From Clostridiales bacterium (GTDB lineage: Bacteria > Bacillota > Clostridia > Acetivibrionales > RGIG10202), in assembly GCA_017961515.1 (NCBI GenBank), contig JAGCXC010000028.1, positions 6,853 through 70,852 of the forward strand: a DNA stretch of 64,000 nt, written 5' to 3'. Made by a program: the position numbers and the translations under genes. Positions 19,270-30,675 of this stretch are shown here, piece by piece. Under the pieces are notes generated by a model. It had not been told where the DNA came from. It saw nothing but the letters and a program-made list of their open reading frames with translations, and did no database searches. Numbering within the stretch: position 1 is the stretch's first letter; each line of letters starts with the position of its first letter.

Positions 19270-21459
19270 ATGAGAGAACAAAATTTAGTTGAACAAAAAA
19301 TTGTTAGCACACTAGAACAAAACTATATGCCATATGCTATGAGCGTTATAGTGTCAAGAGCAATACCTCAGATAGATGGATTCAAACCATCACATAGGAA
19401 ATTGTTATATACAATGTACAAGATGGGATTATTAAAAGGGAATAGAACGAAGTCTGCTAATGTAGTTGGGCAGACTATGAAATTAAATCCGCATGGAGAT
19501 GCGGCTATTTATGAGACATTGGTGAGGTTGACAAGAGGAAATGGTGCAACGCTACATCCATACATAGATTCTAAAGGAAACTTTGGTAAGCAATATTCAA
19601 AAGAGATGAAATATGCAGCATCTAGGTACACGGAAGTTAAATTAGATGAGATATGTGAGGAAATATTTAGGGATATAGATAAAGATACAGTAGAGTTTGT
19701 AGACAATTATGATGGAACATTGAAGGAGCCACAATTATTCCCTGTAACGTTTCCGAATATATTAGTTAACTCAAATCAAGGTATAGCTGTTGGAATGGCA
19801 AGTAATATTTGTAGCTTTAATCTAAAAGAAGTGATAGATGCGACAATAGAGTATTTAAAAGATGAAGAAGTGGATGTGCTCAAATATTTGAAGGCTCCTG
19901 ACTTTTCAACGGGTGGAGAGCTAATATTTAATGAAAAAGAGATGCGAAGTGTCTATGAAACAGGCAGGGGGAGTTTTAAATTACGAGCTAGATATAAATT
20001 TGACAAGAAAAATAGTTGCATAGAAGTGTTTGAGATACCGTATACTACTACAACAGAAGCTATAATGGATGATGTTATATCATTGGTTAAGTCAGGGAAG
20101 ATAAGAGAAATAGTAGATATAAGAGACGAGACGGATTTAGGTGGTTTAAAAATAGCGATAGATGTAAAAAAGAATACGGATGTTGACGCACTTATGAAGA
20201 AGCTTTATAGATTTACGTGTCTTGAAGATTCATTTAGTTGTAACTTCAATATATTGATAGACGCAAAGCCACGTGTGTTAGGTGTTAAAGATATCATAAA
20301 AGAGTGGTCATTATTTAGAATTGATTGTGTAAAAAGAAGGATAAACTCGGAACTAAAAGATAAGAGGGATAAACTTCATCTTTTTCGTGGATTGAAGAAA
20401 ATTTTATTAGATATCGACAAAGCAGTGCATATTGTAAGGGAAACTAAAGATGACAAGGATGTTGTGCCCAATTTGATGAGTGGGTTTGATATAGACCAAG
20501 TTCAAGCAAATTTTGTGGCGGAGATTAAGCTTAGGAATTTAAACAAAAGCTATATAATAAATAAAGTAGAGGAAGTGGGTAGCCTAGAGAGAGAAATAGA
20601 AGATCTTGTTAGTACATACGAGAGTGATAAAAAAATAAAGGCTATCATAATAAATGAGCTAGGGAATATATCAAAGAAATATGGAAGGCCAAGAAAAACA
20701 CAAATAATTGATCAGGAGGATGTAGAAGAGCTTAAAAAGGAACATTTGATAGAGGATTATAACTTGAAAATTTTCTTGACAAAACATAATTATTTGAAAA
20801 AGATACCTCTTACATCGCTTAGAAGTAATCCTGAGCAGAAGCTTAAAGAGGATGACAGAATTGTTTTAGAGATTGATACACATAACAAAGCGGACTTATT
20901 GTTGTTCTCGAACAAGTGTATAGTCTATAAAATGAAGATGTATGAGATTGTCGATTGCAAGGCAAGCAATTGGGGGGAATATCTAAGTAATTTGTTGTCG
21001 CTAGAAAACGGAGAAGAAATTATACATGTAGTTGCAACGGATGACTATATGGGATATATGATATTTGGATTTTCAAATGGAAAAGTTGCTAAAGTGAGTC
21101 TTGATAGTTACAAGACAAAGACAAATAGAAAGAAACTTGCTAATGCGTACTCTGATGTATCTGAATTAGTTTATATAAATGATGCAAAGGATGAGATGGA
21201 GTTAGTTGCATGTAGTAGTTTAAATAAAGTAATAGTGTTTAGTACAGATATGATAAACACGAAAAGCACAAGGAACACAATAGGTGTCCAGGTGTTGAAA
21301 GAGAAAAATGGTAGTAAGATGGTGGATGTATTTGGTTTAGATAGTGCAAATTTTGAGGATGCGGATTATTATAGACCAAAGAATATACCGGCAGTTGGGT
21401 ATTATTTAAAGGAGGAAGATATAAATAGTAAACAAATTAGTATAGATAATCTTAGTTAA
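19270..21459 (+). CDS. parC: Type IIA DNA topoisomerase subunit A (topoisomerase IV ParC-like)
   Basis: YMPYAMSVIVSRAIPQIDGFKPSHRKLLY and the active-site AASRYTE. I saw no GyrA-box in the C-terminal domain, so it looks like topo IV rather than gyrase. Confidence 0.78.
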   Translation: MREQNLVEQKIVSTLEQNYMPYAMSVIVSRAIPQIDGFKPSHRKLLYTMYKMGLLKGNRTKSANVVGQTMKLNPHGDAAIYETLVRLTRGNGATLHPYIDSKGNFGKQYSKEMKYAASRYTEVKLDEICEEIFRDIDKDTVEFVDNYDGTLKEPQLFPVTFPNILVNSNQGIAVGMASNICSFNLKEVIDATIEYLKDEEVDVLKYLKAPDFSTGGELIFNEKEMRSVYETGRGSFKLRARYKFDKKNSCIEVFEIPYTTTTEAIMDDVISLVKSGKIREIVDIRDETDLGGLKIAIDVKKNTDVDALMKKLYRFTCLEDSFSCNFNILIDAKPRVLGVKDIIKEWSLFRIDCVKRRINSELKDKRDKLHLFRGLKKILLDIDKAVHIVRETKDDKDVVPNLMSGFDIDQVQANFVAEIKLRNLNKSYIINKVEEVGSLEREIEDLVSTYESDKKIKAIIINELGNISKKYGRPRKTQIIDQEDVEELKKEHLIEDYNLKIFLTKHNYLKKIPLTSLRSNPEQKLKEDDRIVLEIDTHNKADLLLFSNKCIVYKMKMYEIVDCKASNWGEYLSNLLSLENGEEIIHVVATDDYMGYMIFGFSNGKVAKVSLDSYKTKTNRKKLANAYSDVSELVYINDAKDEMELVACSSLNKVIVFSTDMINTKSTRNTIGVQVLKEKNGSKMVDVFGLDSANFEDADYYRPKNIPAVGYYLKEEDINSKQISIDNLS

Positions 21460-21477
21460 GTTAGGGGAAGTGGCACA

Positions 21478-22140
21478 ATGAAATTGGGTAATAGTCAAGA
21501 GTTGGTAAATGCAAGTACGTTACACATGTTGAGTGTGTATAATGGATTGGAAAGTACAGAGGTTTTGAATGTAGAAAATTTGAGTAAATCCGACACGGTG
21601 TTGGTTGTAGTGGACATGGTGAATGGTTTTGTGAAGAGAGGGAATTTGGCAAGTAGTAGAATAAAAAGTATAGTAGATCCAATACGTAAGGTAAAGGATA
21701 AATGTGATGCTTTAGGTATAAGAGTGCTTGCGTTTGCAGATTGTCATACAGAAAATTCAGAAGAGCTTAGGATGTTTCCAAAGCATTGTATGAAAGGAAC
21801 AGAAGAGGAAGAAATAATAAGCGAGTTAGATATAAGCAATGTGATAAAGAAAAATAGCACAAATGGATTTTTAGAAGAAGAGTTTCTAAAATGGCTTAGT
21901 GATAATGAGAATGTCTGTAATTTTATAGTTGTTGGATGTTGTACAGATATATGTGTGAAGGATTTCGCAATTACTTTAAAATTGTGGTTTAACAAAAATA
22001 ATAAGAAAAGCAGAGTTATAGTGCCAGTGGATGCAGTGGAAACATATGATGCACCATGGCATGATGCATTTGTTAAGAATGTTATAGCATTAGATATGAT
22101 GATAGATAGTGGCATTGAAGTAGTGAAAAATATAGTTTAA
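21478..22140 (+). CDS. pncA: Isochorismatase-family hydrolase, probable nicotinamidase
   Basis: VLVVVDMVNGF and the GCCTDICV catalytic-Cys motif. It is directly upstream of pncB. The exact start is uncertain. Confidence 0.6.
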   Translation: MKLGNSQELVNASTLHMLSVYNGLESTEVLNVENLSKSDTVLVVVDMVNGFVKRGNLASSRIKSIVDPIRKVKDKCDALGIRVLAFADCHTENSEELRMFPKHCMKGTEEEEIISELDISNVIKKNSTNGFLEEEFLKWLSDNENVCNFIVVGCCTDICVKDFAITLKLWFNKNNKKSRVIVPVDAVETYDAPWHDAFVKNVIALDMMIDSGIEVVKNIV

Positions 22141-22153
22141 GGAGCTTGGGCAA

Positions 22154-23581
22154 GTGAAGAGAAATTTGACGTTGTTGATGGATTTTTATGAGATGACGAT
22201 GGCGAATGGCTATTGGGATAATGGTATGAAGGATACGGTTGTTTATTTTGATATGTTTTTTAGAAAGATACCCGATGATGGTGGGTTTGCGATAATGGCA
22301 GGACTTGAGCAACTGATAGAGTATATAGAGGACTTGAAATTTGAGGAGCAAGACATTGAGTATTTAAGAGAGAAAAAGTTGTTTAGTGAAGGATTTTTAA
22401 ATTATCTAAGAGAGTTCAAGTTTGAGTGTGATGTGTGGGCAGTACCTGAGGGAACACCAATCTTTCCTAATGAACCTATTATTACGGTAAGAGGTCCTAT
22501 AATACAGGCACAATTACTAGAGACAATGATTTTAATCACAATAAATCATCAAACATTGATAGCTACCAAAGCTAATAGAATAGTGAGAGCGGCAAAAGGA
22601 AGGCCAGTAATGGAGTTTGGGTCTAGAAGGGCACAAGGCTATGATGGAGCTATATATGGTGCAAGAGCAGCATATATAGGTGGATGTGTTGCTACTGCAT
22701 GTACGATAAGTGACAGAGATTTTGGAGTAACTGCGGCTGGTACAATGGCCCATAGCTGGGTGCAGGTATTTGAGTCGGAATTAGAGGCATTTAGAGCGTA
22801 TGCAAGATCATATCCAGATGATTGTACTCTTTTAGTTGATACATATAATGTGTTAAAGTCGGGGATACCAAATGCAATAAAGGTGTTTAATGAGGAGATT
22901 CTTCCTAGAGGATACAGACCAAAGGGAGTTAGGATAGATAGCGGAGATATTGTGTATTTGTCTAATAAAGCAAGGCAAATGTTAGATGATGCAGGATTTA
23001 AAGATTGTAAGATAGTGATATCTAACGCATTGGATGAGTATATAATAAAAGAAATTTTAGATAATGATGCCAAAGTAGATTCATTTGGAGTAGGGGAAAG
23101 ACTAATAACATCTAGATCAGAACCTGTGTTTGGAGGAGTGTATAAATTAGCGGCAATAGAAAGGAATGGCAAAATTATACCTCGGATAAAGATAAGTGAG
23201 AATGAAGGTAAAATAACTAATCCGGGGGTAAAGGAAATTTGGCGTATATATGATAAAGACAAAGCGATGGCGGACGTTATTACGCTGAAGGATGAGACAA
23301 TAGATGAGAGCCAATCATACATGTTGTTTGATCCGGAATACACATGGAAGAAAAAAACTGTGGTAGGATTTAGCGCAAAAAAAATACGCAAACAAATATA
23401 CCAAAGTGGTGCCTGTGTGTACAGTAGACCGAGTCTTGATGGCATAAGAAAATATTGTGATGATCAAATCAAAACATTATGGAGTGAAGTTTTACGGTTT
23501 AGTAATCCTCACAAATATTATGTAGATTTGTCATATAAACTGTGGAGTCAGAAAAAGAAACTATTAGATGAATACTCGTAA
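22154..23581 (+). CDS. pncB: Nicotinate phosphoribosyltransferase
   Basis: LLMDFYEMTMANGYW...EFGSRRAQG...GTMAHSWVQ...RIDSGD, the type II NAPRTase pattern. 475 aa. Confidence 0.9.
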   Translation: MKRNLTLLMDFYEMTMANGYWDNGMKDTVVYFDMFFRKIPDDGGFAIMAGLEQLIEYIEDLKFEEQDIEYLREKKLFSEGFLNYLREFKFECDVWAVPEGTPIFPNEPIITVRGPIIQAQLLETMILITINHQTLIATKANRIVRAAKGRPVMEFGSRRAQGYDGAIYGARAAYIGGCVATACTISDRDFGVTAAGTMAHSWVQVFESELEAFRAYARSYPDDCTLLVDTYNVLKSGIPNAIKVFNEEILPRGYRPKGVRIDSGDIVYLSNKARQMLDDAGFKDCKIVISNALDEYIIKEILDNDAKVDSFGVGERLITSRSEPVFGGVYKLAAIERNGKIIPRIKISENEGKITNPGVKEIWRIYDKDKAMADVITLKDETIDESQSYMLFDPEYTWKKKTVVGFSAKKIRKQIYQSGACVYSRPSLDGIRKYCDDQIKTLWSEVLRFSNPHKYYVDLSYKLWSQKKKLLDEYS

Positions 23582-23586
23582 GCCAA

Positions 23587-24180
23587 TTATTGTAATTGTT
23601 TTTTCAAATGAAGTAGGAATCCTTTTATTATACGAGGAGTAGTTTCATCTACATAATGAATTTTTAAACCGTATTCTGATTGTGTAGGTGAGACTTTGTT
23701 TTTTCTAATGACTATACAAGTCAAATCAATGGACTTACTACCTATATCAAAGGATATCTTCAATTTCTGATATATAGGGAATTCCGCATCGCAAAGTATC
23801 ATCAATCCATTAAGGCTCATGTTTTTGATGATGCCAGGATATTTGGTAAGAGATTGACCTATTTGGATATTGCAGTTTCTGGATAAAGGAAATCTTTCAA
23901 ATAATCTTTTTTCCTCTAGAAGATCAATTTTTTCTATAGATAATGAAAGAATTTTCTTGTTAGAATCAAAATCTAAAATGGATCCGCCTAGTACGTAGAT
24001 TTTTTTTTCTGAAGAAAAAGACATGGCTACGGGATCATTTTTTGAAAACGAATACGAATTATCGTTACCTAAAATATGTATAGACACAGAATTATCAGAG
24101 CAATGTAAAACTTTCCCTTGTAAAGGTAGACTACTAGAATAATGCTTCATGGATACAACTACACCAACATTAATTTTCAT
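23587..24180 (-). CDS. PilZ domain protein (c-di-GMP receptor candidate)
   Basis: The C-terminal half carries RLFER (RxxxR) followed by NMSLNG (D/NxSxxG). The N-terminal half is a YcgR-like beta domain. ATG 24180 lies 8 nt after GGAG. Confidence 0.6.
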   Translation of the reverse strand: MKINVGVVVSMKHYSSSLPLQGKVLHCSDNSVSIHILGNDNSYSFSKNDPVAMSFSSEKKIYVLGGSILDFDSNKKILSLSIEKIDLLEEKRLFERFPLSRNCNIQIGQSLTKYPGIIKNMSLNGLMILCDAEFPIYQKLKISFDIGSKSIDLTCIVIRKNKVSPTQSEYGLKIHYVDETTPRIIKGFLLHLKKQLQ

Positions 24181-24403
24181 AATAATCACTCCAAAAAAAT
24201 ATTTAAATACAAAAGAATCGATAATATATGTCTCTAATTATTATTATAATACATATAATAACAAAAATCCATAGTAAAATATTAACAAAAGTTTTGGAAA
24301 GAAGTTAACAAAAGAAATTAAAGAAAAAATTTCATAATATTTGTGGAAAATATTATAAAAAGAGTGTATAATAAGTTGAAATCAAGAAATAAGGGGTGTT
24401 GAA

Positions 24404-25585
24404 ATGGTAAGAAAGTTTTTTACATCAGAGTCTGTTACAGAAGGTCATCCAGACAAAATGTGTGATCAGATTTCGGATGCGATATTAGATGAAATATTTA
24501 GGCAAGATAGTAATGCTCGAGTGGCTTGTGAGACAGCGACTACAACAGGTATGGTATTGGTTATGGGAGAAATAACAACAGAGTGTTACGTTGATATACC
24601 AACCATAGTGAGGGAGACAATAAGGGAAATAGGATATGACAGAGCAAAGTATGGTTTTGATTGCGATACTTGTTCAGTTATAACAGCTATAAATGAACAA
24701 TCTAAGGATATAGCACTTGGTGTAGACAATTCCCTAGAAGAGAAAAAAGGTGAAATGGGAAAAGAGATTGGAGCAGGTGATCAGGGTATGATGTTTGGAT
24801 ACGCGTGCGATGAGACACCGGAACTTATGCCTATGCCAATATCATTGGCGCACAAACTGACACGAAGATTAACAATGGTGCGTAAGGAAAACATATTAGA
24901 TTATTTAAGGCCAGATGGTAAATCCCAGGTTACGGTAGAATATGATGGGGATAAACCTGTTAGAGTAGATACAGTTGTTATATCAGCACAGCATGATGAA
25001 GCGATAGATCATGATACTATAGAAAAAGATATCATAGAGAAAGTTATAAAGAAGGTTATACCAGAGAGTTTGATGGATGATAAAACTAAATTTTTTATAA
25101 ATCCTACAGGAAGGTTTGTAGTTGGAGGGCCTAAAGGAGATGCAGGATTAACAGGAAGAAAGATAATAGTAGATACATATGGTGGTTATGCGAAACATGG
25201 AGGAGGAGCTTTTTCAGGAAAGGATCCAACAAAGGTGGATAGGTCAGCTGCGTATATGGCAAGGTATGTTGCCAAAAATATTGTTGCAGCGGGGCTTGCT
25301 AGAAAATGTGAGGTGCAGCTAGCATACGCAATTGGTGTGGCCAAACCTGTGTCTATATTGGTTGATACACATGGTACAGGAATTATTGAAGAAGACAAGC
25401 TAGTAGAATTAGTAAGAAAGAATTTTGACCTAACACCGTCTGGTATAATTAAGCATTTGGATTTAAGAAAGCCAATATATAAGCAGGTTGCAGCTTATGG
25501 CCATTTTGGTAGAGTAGATTTAGATTTAACTTGGGAGAGAACAGATAAAGCATTACTATTGCAAGAACAAAGTAAAAATATGTAG
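24404..25585 (+). CDS. metK: S-adenosylmethionine synthase
   Basis: [20 protein letters not shown]...[12 protein letters not shown]...[16 protein letters not shown]. Confidence 0.97.
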   Translation: MVRKFFTSESVTEGHPDKMCDQISDAILDEIFRQDSNARVACETATTTGMVLVMGEITTECYVDIPTIVRETIREIGYDRAKYGFDCDTCSVITAINEQSKDIALGVDNSLEEKKGEMGKEIGAGDQGMMFGYACDETPELMPMPISLAHKLTRRLTMVRKENILDYLRPDGKSQVTVEYDGDKPVRVDTVVISAQHDEAIDHDTIEKDIIEKVIKKVIPESLMDDKTKFFINPTGRFVVGGPKGDAGLTGRKIIVDTYGGYAKHGGGAFSGKDPTKVDRSAAYMARYVAKNIVAAGLARKCEVQLAYAIGVAKPVSILVDTHGTGIIEEDKLVELVRKNFDLTPSGIIKHLDLRKPIYKQVAAYGHFGRVDLDLTWERTDKALLLQEQSKNM

Positions 25586-25692
25586 CGATTTATGGTATAA
25601 TAATATAGTAAAAAAATTAGTAAATTATAATATAAAAAAGGGAGTGTCTAAAAGACATTCTCTTTAGTCTTGAAAAGGGGAGGAAATATCCA

Positions 25693-27057
25693 ATGAAAAG
25701 ATTTTTGAAATGTTTTAGAATTTTTGGTAGTGGTAGAGAGGAACGAAATCAAGTATGCAAAAATCAAGATGATCAAAATGCCTATGTTTCAAAAGAATTT
25801 GGAAGTACTCTTCTTCATTTTGTTTGTGCAAATAATATTGTTGATGTAGTTGATACAGTAATAGACAAGGGTATAAATGTAAATACAATAGATAGTTTTG
25901 GTTTTACACCGCTGCATTTGGCATGTGAAGTAGAAGCAATAGATATAGTAAAAATTCTTTTGCAAAGAGGTGCAGATGTTAATATACCTACACGAAGAGG
26001 TGAAACACCCGTCTATATAGCATCTGGCAAAAGTAATATAAAAATGGTTAGGCTGTTATTGAAAAATGGTGCTGATGCATCAATGGACACCATAAAGGGA
26101 GATACACCACTTAGTATTGCCTGTAGATATAGAAATGTTGAGCTGGCAGAACTTTTGTTAAACAATGGAGGGATAAAGAGAACAGAGAAAGGTGTTGATG
26201 TTCGCCCATTACGGTATGCGTGTAAGAATGGAGATTTATATATGGCAAAACTATTGATTATGAAAGTACCCGACATAAATTTGGAAAAATCACTACATTG
26301 GGCATGTGAGGGCAAAAATACTCATTTAATAAAAGAATTATTAAATAAAGGGGTTGATATTAACTCGGTTGATGAAATTGGAAGGACACCATTTCGAGTG
26401 GCTTGTGATAAAAGAATGTATGGTATAGCAAAATTATTTGTAAAAAGAGGAGCCAATCTGGATACTATAGATAAATTTGGGACGACTCCATTAATGGCGT
26501 TGATGCTGTCTAGAAATGATCTAACATTAATACAGTTTATGGATATGATAGAGGTTATGAAGCTATTGATAGATAATTTTGTAGATATATCAATTTTGTC
26601 AAGGAAGAAAGAAGATGGGTTAATCAAGTCTTTATTAAGCGATTCTAGTGTGAGAGTTAGAGCAAGAATTGCACTTCATGTAGGTGATTTGGATGTATTA
26701 AAGAAAAGCCTTTCTGAATATTACATGGAGTATAAGCCAGAGTATAATAATCCTATTAACAAGGATTTTAAAAATTTATTAGAAGTGGTGGATAATCTAA
26801 ATCAGCTAGATCATATTGTAAGCTTTGCACACAAGCTAAAAAAAAGTAAAGATTATATTCGTTTAAAGAAAAAAATCTTGAAGTTATATAAAGATAATAA
26901 GGTATCAGAGGATACGTTAAGGAGTACAAAAAATATAATAGATACAGTAGATAAATTTTATGAGGACGTAAACAGTGTAGCTAATACAAAAGTGATAGAG
27001 TCAATTGTATTGCCAGTTAAAAGAATGCAAAGGAAAAATAAAAATCAAAGTATTTGA
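25693..27057 (+). CDS. Ankyrin-repeat protein (454 aa) with helical C-terminal region and basic tail
   Basis: About 8 Ank repeats (GFTPLHLACEVEAIDIVKILLQRGADVN, GETPVYIASGKSN, GDTPLSIACRYRN, GRTPFRVACDKR, GTTPLMAL). C-terminal LLEVVDNLNQLD echoes VMEVLNDLKEID of the 1..2239 paralogs. It ends KRMQRKNKNQSI. Confidence 0.85.
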   Translation: MKRFLKCFRIFGSGREERNQVCKNQDDQNAYVSKEFGSTLLHFVCANNIVDVVDTVIDKGINVNTIDSFGFTPLHLACEVEAIDIVKILLQRGADVNIPTRRGETPVYIASGKSNIKMVRLLLKNGADASMDTIKGDTPLSIACRYRNVELAELLLNNGGIKRTEKGVDVRPLRYACKNGDLYMAKLLIMKVPDINLEKSLHWACEGKNTHLIKELLNKGVDINSVDEIGRTPFRVACDKRMYGIAKLFVKRGANLDTIDKFGTTPLMALMLSRNDLTLIQFMDMIEVMKLLIDNFVDISILSRKKEDGLIKSLLSDSSVRVRARIALHVGDLDVLKKSLSEYYMEYKPEYNNPINKDFKNLLEVVDNLNQLDHIVSFAHKLKKSKDYIRLKKKILKLYKDNKVSEDTLRSTKNIIDTVDKFYEDVNSVANTKVIESIVLPVKRMQRKNKNQSI

Positions 27058-27174
27058 CAAGTAAATGGTATTATGATATTATACTATTTGGCCGCACGGA
27101 AAAGGTTTTTTAGAAATACATTTAAATAGATGTTACCTTAAACGGCGAGTATTACCCAGGAGGTGTAAGTTATA
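27054..27174 (+). promoter_or_regulatory. rplU promoter plus structured 5' leader (L21-leader-like)
   Basis: TTGACA (27054) - 17 nt - TATTAT with an upstream TGn. The leader is about 85 nt, and GGCCG...AAGGT can pair with ACCTTAAACGGC. Its position matches the Firmicutes L21 leader, but the consensus was not checked. Confidence 0.4.
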
Positions 27175-27486
27175 GTGTATGCAATAGTAGAAACAGGAGG
27201 AAAGCAATTTAAAGTACAAGAGGGCGATGTAATTTTTGTTGAGAAGATAGATGCTAATACAGAAAGTACAGTAGTTCTTGATAAGGTACTTATGGTATCG
27301 GATGGTGATACTGTTAATGTGGGAGCTCCATATGTAGAGGGAGCAACTGTAAGTGCGAAAGTTTTATCTCAAGGAAAGTCAAAAAAGATTATTGTATTTA
27401 AGTACAAACCTAAAAAAGGTTACAAGAGAAAACAAGGGCACAGACAACTATATACAAAGCTACATATCGATAAGATTAATGCCTAG
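27175..27486 (+). CDS. rplU: 50S ribosomal protein L21
   Basis: [24 protein letters not shown]...[20 protein letters not shown] start after AGGAGGTG. Confidence 0.95.
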   Translation: MYAIVETGGKQFKVQEGDVIFVEKIDANTESTVVLDKVLMVSDGDTVNVGAPYVEGATVSAKVLSQGKSKKIIVFKYKPKKGYKRKQGHRQLYTKLHIDKINA

Positions 27487-27512
27487 TCTTTGTGCGAGGA
27501 TAAAGTGAGAAA

Positions 27513-27839
27513 ATGATTAATATTAATATAGTAGAAGATGAATTTGGTTTTGTGCGAGGTTTTGAAATATCAGGTCATTCGGGATATGCTCCAATGGGAA
27601 AGGATATTGTTTGCGCGGCAGTTTCGGCATTAGCATATACTGCAGTAGGTGCTATTGAGGATATGTGTGATAAACCCTTGTGGGAGTCGAGTGACGGGTA
27701 TATGAAGTGTATCATAACTGATGATATTGTGAATAAAAATAAGGATATTGCAAAGACCATTTTAGATACTATAGTAATAGGATTTAAACAGATTGAATTA
27801 TCGTATGGTAAATATGTGAGGGTTGTACGTAGGAGTTAG
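27513..27839 (+). CDS. prp: Ribosomal-processing cysteine protease Prp
   Basis: 108 aa between rplU and rpmA, with [20 protein letters not shown] (the His...Cys dyad of the YsxB/Prp family). Confidence 0.85.
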   Translation: MININIVEDEFGFVRGFEISGHSGYAPMGKDIVCAAVSALAYTAVGAIEDMCDKPLWESSDGYMKCIITDDIVNKNKDIAKTILDTIVIGFKQIELSYGKYVRVVRRS

Positions 27840-27877
27840 TTATTGTACAATGGTATCAGTATTTAGGGAGGTGTATA

Positions 27878-28159
27878 ATGATGTTAATGATTAATTTGCA
27901 GTTGTTTGCGCACAAAAAAGGAATGGGAAGTTCTAAGAACGGTCGTGATAGTGAGTCTAAAAGACTTGGAGTTAAAGCTTCAGACGGACAATTTGTGAAG
28001 GCAGGTTCGATTATAGTAAGACAAAGAGGGACCAAAATTCATCCAGGAGAGAATGTGTCCAAGGGAAAAGATGATACTTTGTTTGCTACTGCTGATGGAG
28101 TGGTTTCGTTCGGAAGGCTTCCAAAGAAGAGGAAAAAGGTAAGTGTTGTAGTAGCTTAA
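27878..28159 (+). CDS. rpmA: 50S ribosomal protein L27 with a Prp-cleavable N-terminal extension
   Basis: [11 protein letters not shown]|[22 protein letters not shown], the Firmicutes-type propeptide ending in (L)FA. ATG 27881 is an alternative start. Confidence 0.93.
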   Translation: MMLMINLQLFAHKKGMGSSKNGRDSESKRLGVKASDGQFVKAGSIIVRQRGTKIHPGENVSKGKDDTLFATADGVVSFGRLPKKRKKVSVVVA

Positions 28160-28170
28160 AGTAATAGGGC

Positions 28171-28203
28171 CTCATCCTGCATTTTTTGTAGGATGAGTTT
28201 CTA
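28171..28203 (+). terminator. Weak hairpin after rpmA (attenuating terminator candidate)
   Basis: CTCATCCT ... AGGATGAG followed by a short TTTCT run. Confidence 0.45.
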
Positions 28204-28243
28204 TATTCTAAAATAATAAGATAAGGAGAAATTACTGTTTTAG

Positions 28244-29530
<1,287 letters not shown>

Positions 29531-29713
29531 ATAGTTTTTTGTTTGATAGAAGATTGATCTGGAAAAAATAAAAAATTTCCTCAATATTAGCCATGCAAGC
29601 CGAATGCGTACAAACGAGGCAACTTTTTGGTTGACATTTTTCAGTATATAATGATATAATCGTAAAGCATAATGCGGTATGCATTATTTAAAAGAAAAAA
29701 GGGGGAATTTGTC

Positions 29714-30187
29714 ATGAATAAAAGAGGTAAAATAGTTACTTCATTGGTTGCAATTATGTTAATGCTAGGATCAGTGAAAATTGGCATGTATGTAAAAGAT
29801 AGAATTATGGAAAGTAGTTCAAAAGGGTGTTGTGTAACTAATAAAGATAACAGTATAGAAGCCGTAGCTAAAAATGATAGAGAAGGCGGTGCTGTATGTT
29901 ATATAACAGTAAAAGAAGGGGAAAAGTTGGTTGTAAAATCGGATATAGAAAAAGGAGAAGCGAGGGTAAAATTGTCCTTAGTTAAAGATAAAAAAGACTC
30001 TAAAGAGGTACCACATGATATATTAGAGTTGTTAAAAGACGAAAATAAAGAGGCAGAATTTGATGAGACATTTAAAGATAAAGGAAGTTATGAATTTGAA
30101 CTTCCAGCAGGTGACTATGAGGGAATATATACAAGTGGGAAGAAAACAACTACAGGAAAGCTTGTAATAACATCAGAAGCAAAATAA
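29714..30187 (+). CDS. Hypothetical membrane-anchored or secreted protein (157 aa)
   Basis: RBS AAGGGGG lies upstream of ATG 29714. N-terminal anchor KIVTSLVAIMLMLGSVKIG, then a Lys/Glu-rich beta-type domain with no recognisable motif. Confidence 0.5.
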   Translation: MNKRGKIVTSLVAIMLMLGSVKIGMYVKDRIMESSSKGCCVTNKDNSIEAVAKNDREGGAVCYITVKEGEKLVVKSDIEKGEARVKLSLVKDKKDSKEVPHDILELLKDENKEAEFDETFKDKGSYEFELPAGDYEGIYTSGKKTTTGKLVITSEAK

Positions 30188-30202
30188 TAGGACATTAGTT
30201 TA

Positions 30203-30237
30203 AAAGGACTCTAATTTAAATGAGAGTCCTTTTTTTG
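30203..30237 (+). terminator. Rho-independent terminator
   Basis: AAAGGACTCT ... AGAGTCCTTT followed by TTTTT. Confidence 0.75.
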
Positions 30238-30349
30238 GATTAAAATCGGTTGAGAAAGTACTTTGAAATTTAAAAACAGTAAGTTTTTTTGGTATAAATA
30301 GGTATTTGAAATTTTCATCAAAAAATTAAAGAAAAAGTGAAAAAATGTA

Positions 30350-30378
30350 TTGACAATTTAAGGTTTGAATGATAAACT
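30350..30378 (+). promoter_or_regulatory. Promoter of the tRNA-Gly pair
   Basis: TTGACA (30350) - 17 nt - TAAACT, preceded by TGn (extended -10), about 20 nt before the first tRNA. Confidence 0.6.
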
Positions 30379-30398
30379 TAGCAAGTGAAATGTTTGAT

Positions 30399-30473
30399 GC
30401 GGGTTTAACTCAGTGGTAGAGTGTCACCTTGCCAAGGTGAAAGTCGCGAGTTCAAGTCTCGTAACCCGCTCCA
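30399..30473 (+). tRNA. tRNA-Gly (anticodon GCC), CCA encoded
   Basis: Manual cloverleaf: acceptor GCGGGTT/AACCCGC, D arm ACTC-AGTGGTA-GAGT, anticodon arm TCACC-TTGCCAA-GGTGA, T arm GCGAG-TTCAAGT-CTCGT, then T-CCA. Confidence 0.92.
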
Positions 30474-30491
30474 TAATGTCTTCTAGAGCGT

Positions 30492-30565
30492 GCGGGTGTA
30501 GTTCAATGGTAGAACTTCAGCCTTCCACGCTGACTGCGAGGTTTCGATTCCCTTCACCCGCTCCA
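30492..30565 (+). tRNA. tRNA-Gly (anticodon UCC), CCA encoded, with an atypical T stem
   Basis: Acceptor GCGGGTG/CACCCGC, anticodon arm TCAGC-CTTCCAC-GCTGA, 4-nt variable loop, T arm GAGGT-TTCGATT-CCCTT. Position 53 is U opposite C61, where G53-C61 is expected. Confidence 0.8.
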
Positions 30566-30580
30566 GACATAAGAGGACAT

Positions 30581-30615
30581 AAGGCATTGTGGTTTTTCTG
30601 CGATGCCTTTTTTTG
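30581..30615 (+). terminator. Rho-independent terminator after the tRNAs
   Basis: AAGGCAT ... ATGCCTT followed by TTTTTT. Confidence 0.75.
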
Positions 30616-30675
30616 TCAGGTATAAATGATGTCAAGCTAAGTTAAGCAGTACGAAGATGGAGAGGGGTTGTAATA

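Noticed and set aside
22639-23445. 268-aa minus-strand ORF inside pncB
   Set aside because: It is antisense to a confidently identified NAPRTase, has no recognisable motifs and has shadow-ORF composition.
24190-24403. Looked for an S-box (SAM-I) riboswitch upstream of metK
   Set aside because: The 214-bp region is almost pure A/T with a plain promoter-like TTGTGG...TATAAT. It has no GC-containing four-way-junction helices and no terminator/antiterminator pair.
30413-30625. 70-aa plus-strand ORF
   Set aside because: It lies entirely over the two tRNA-Gly genes and their terminator.
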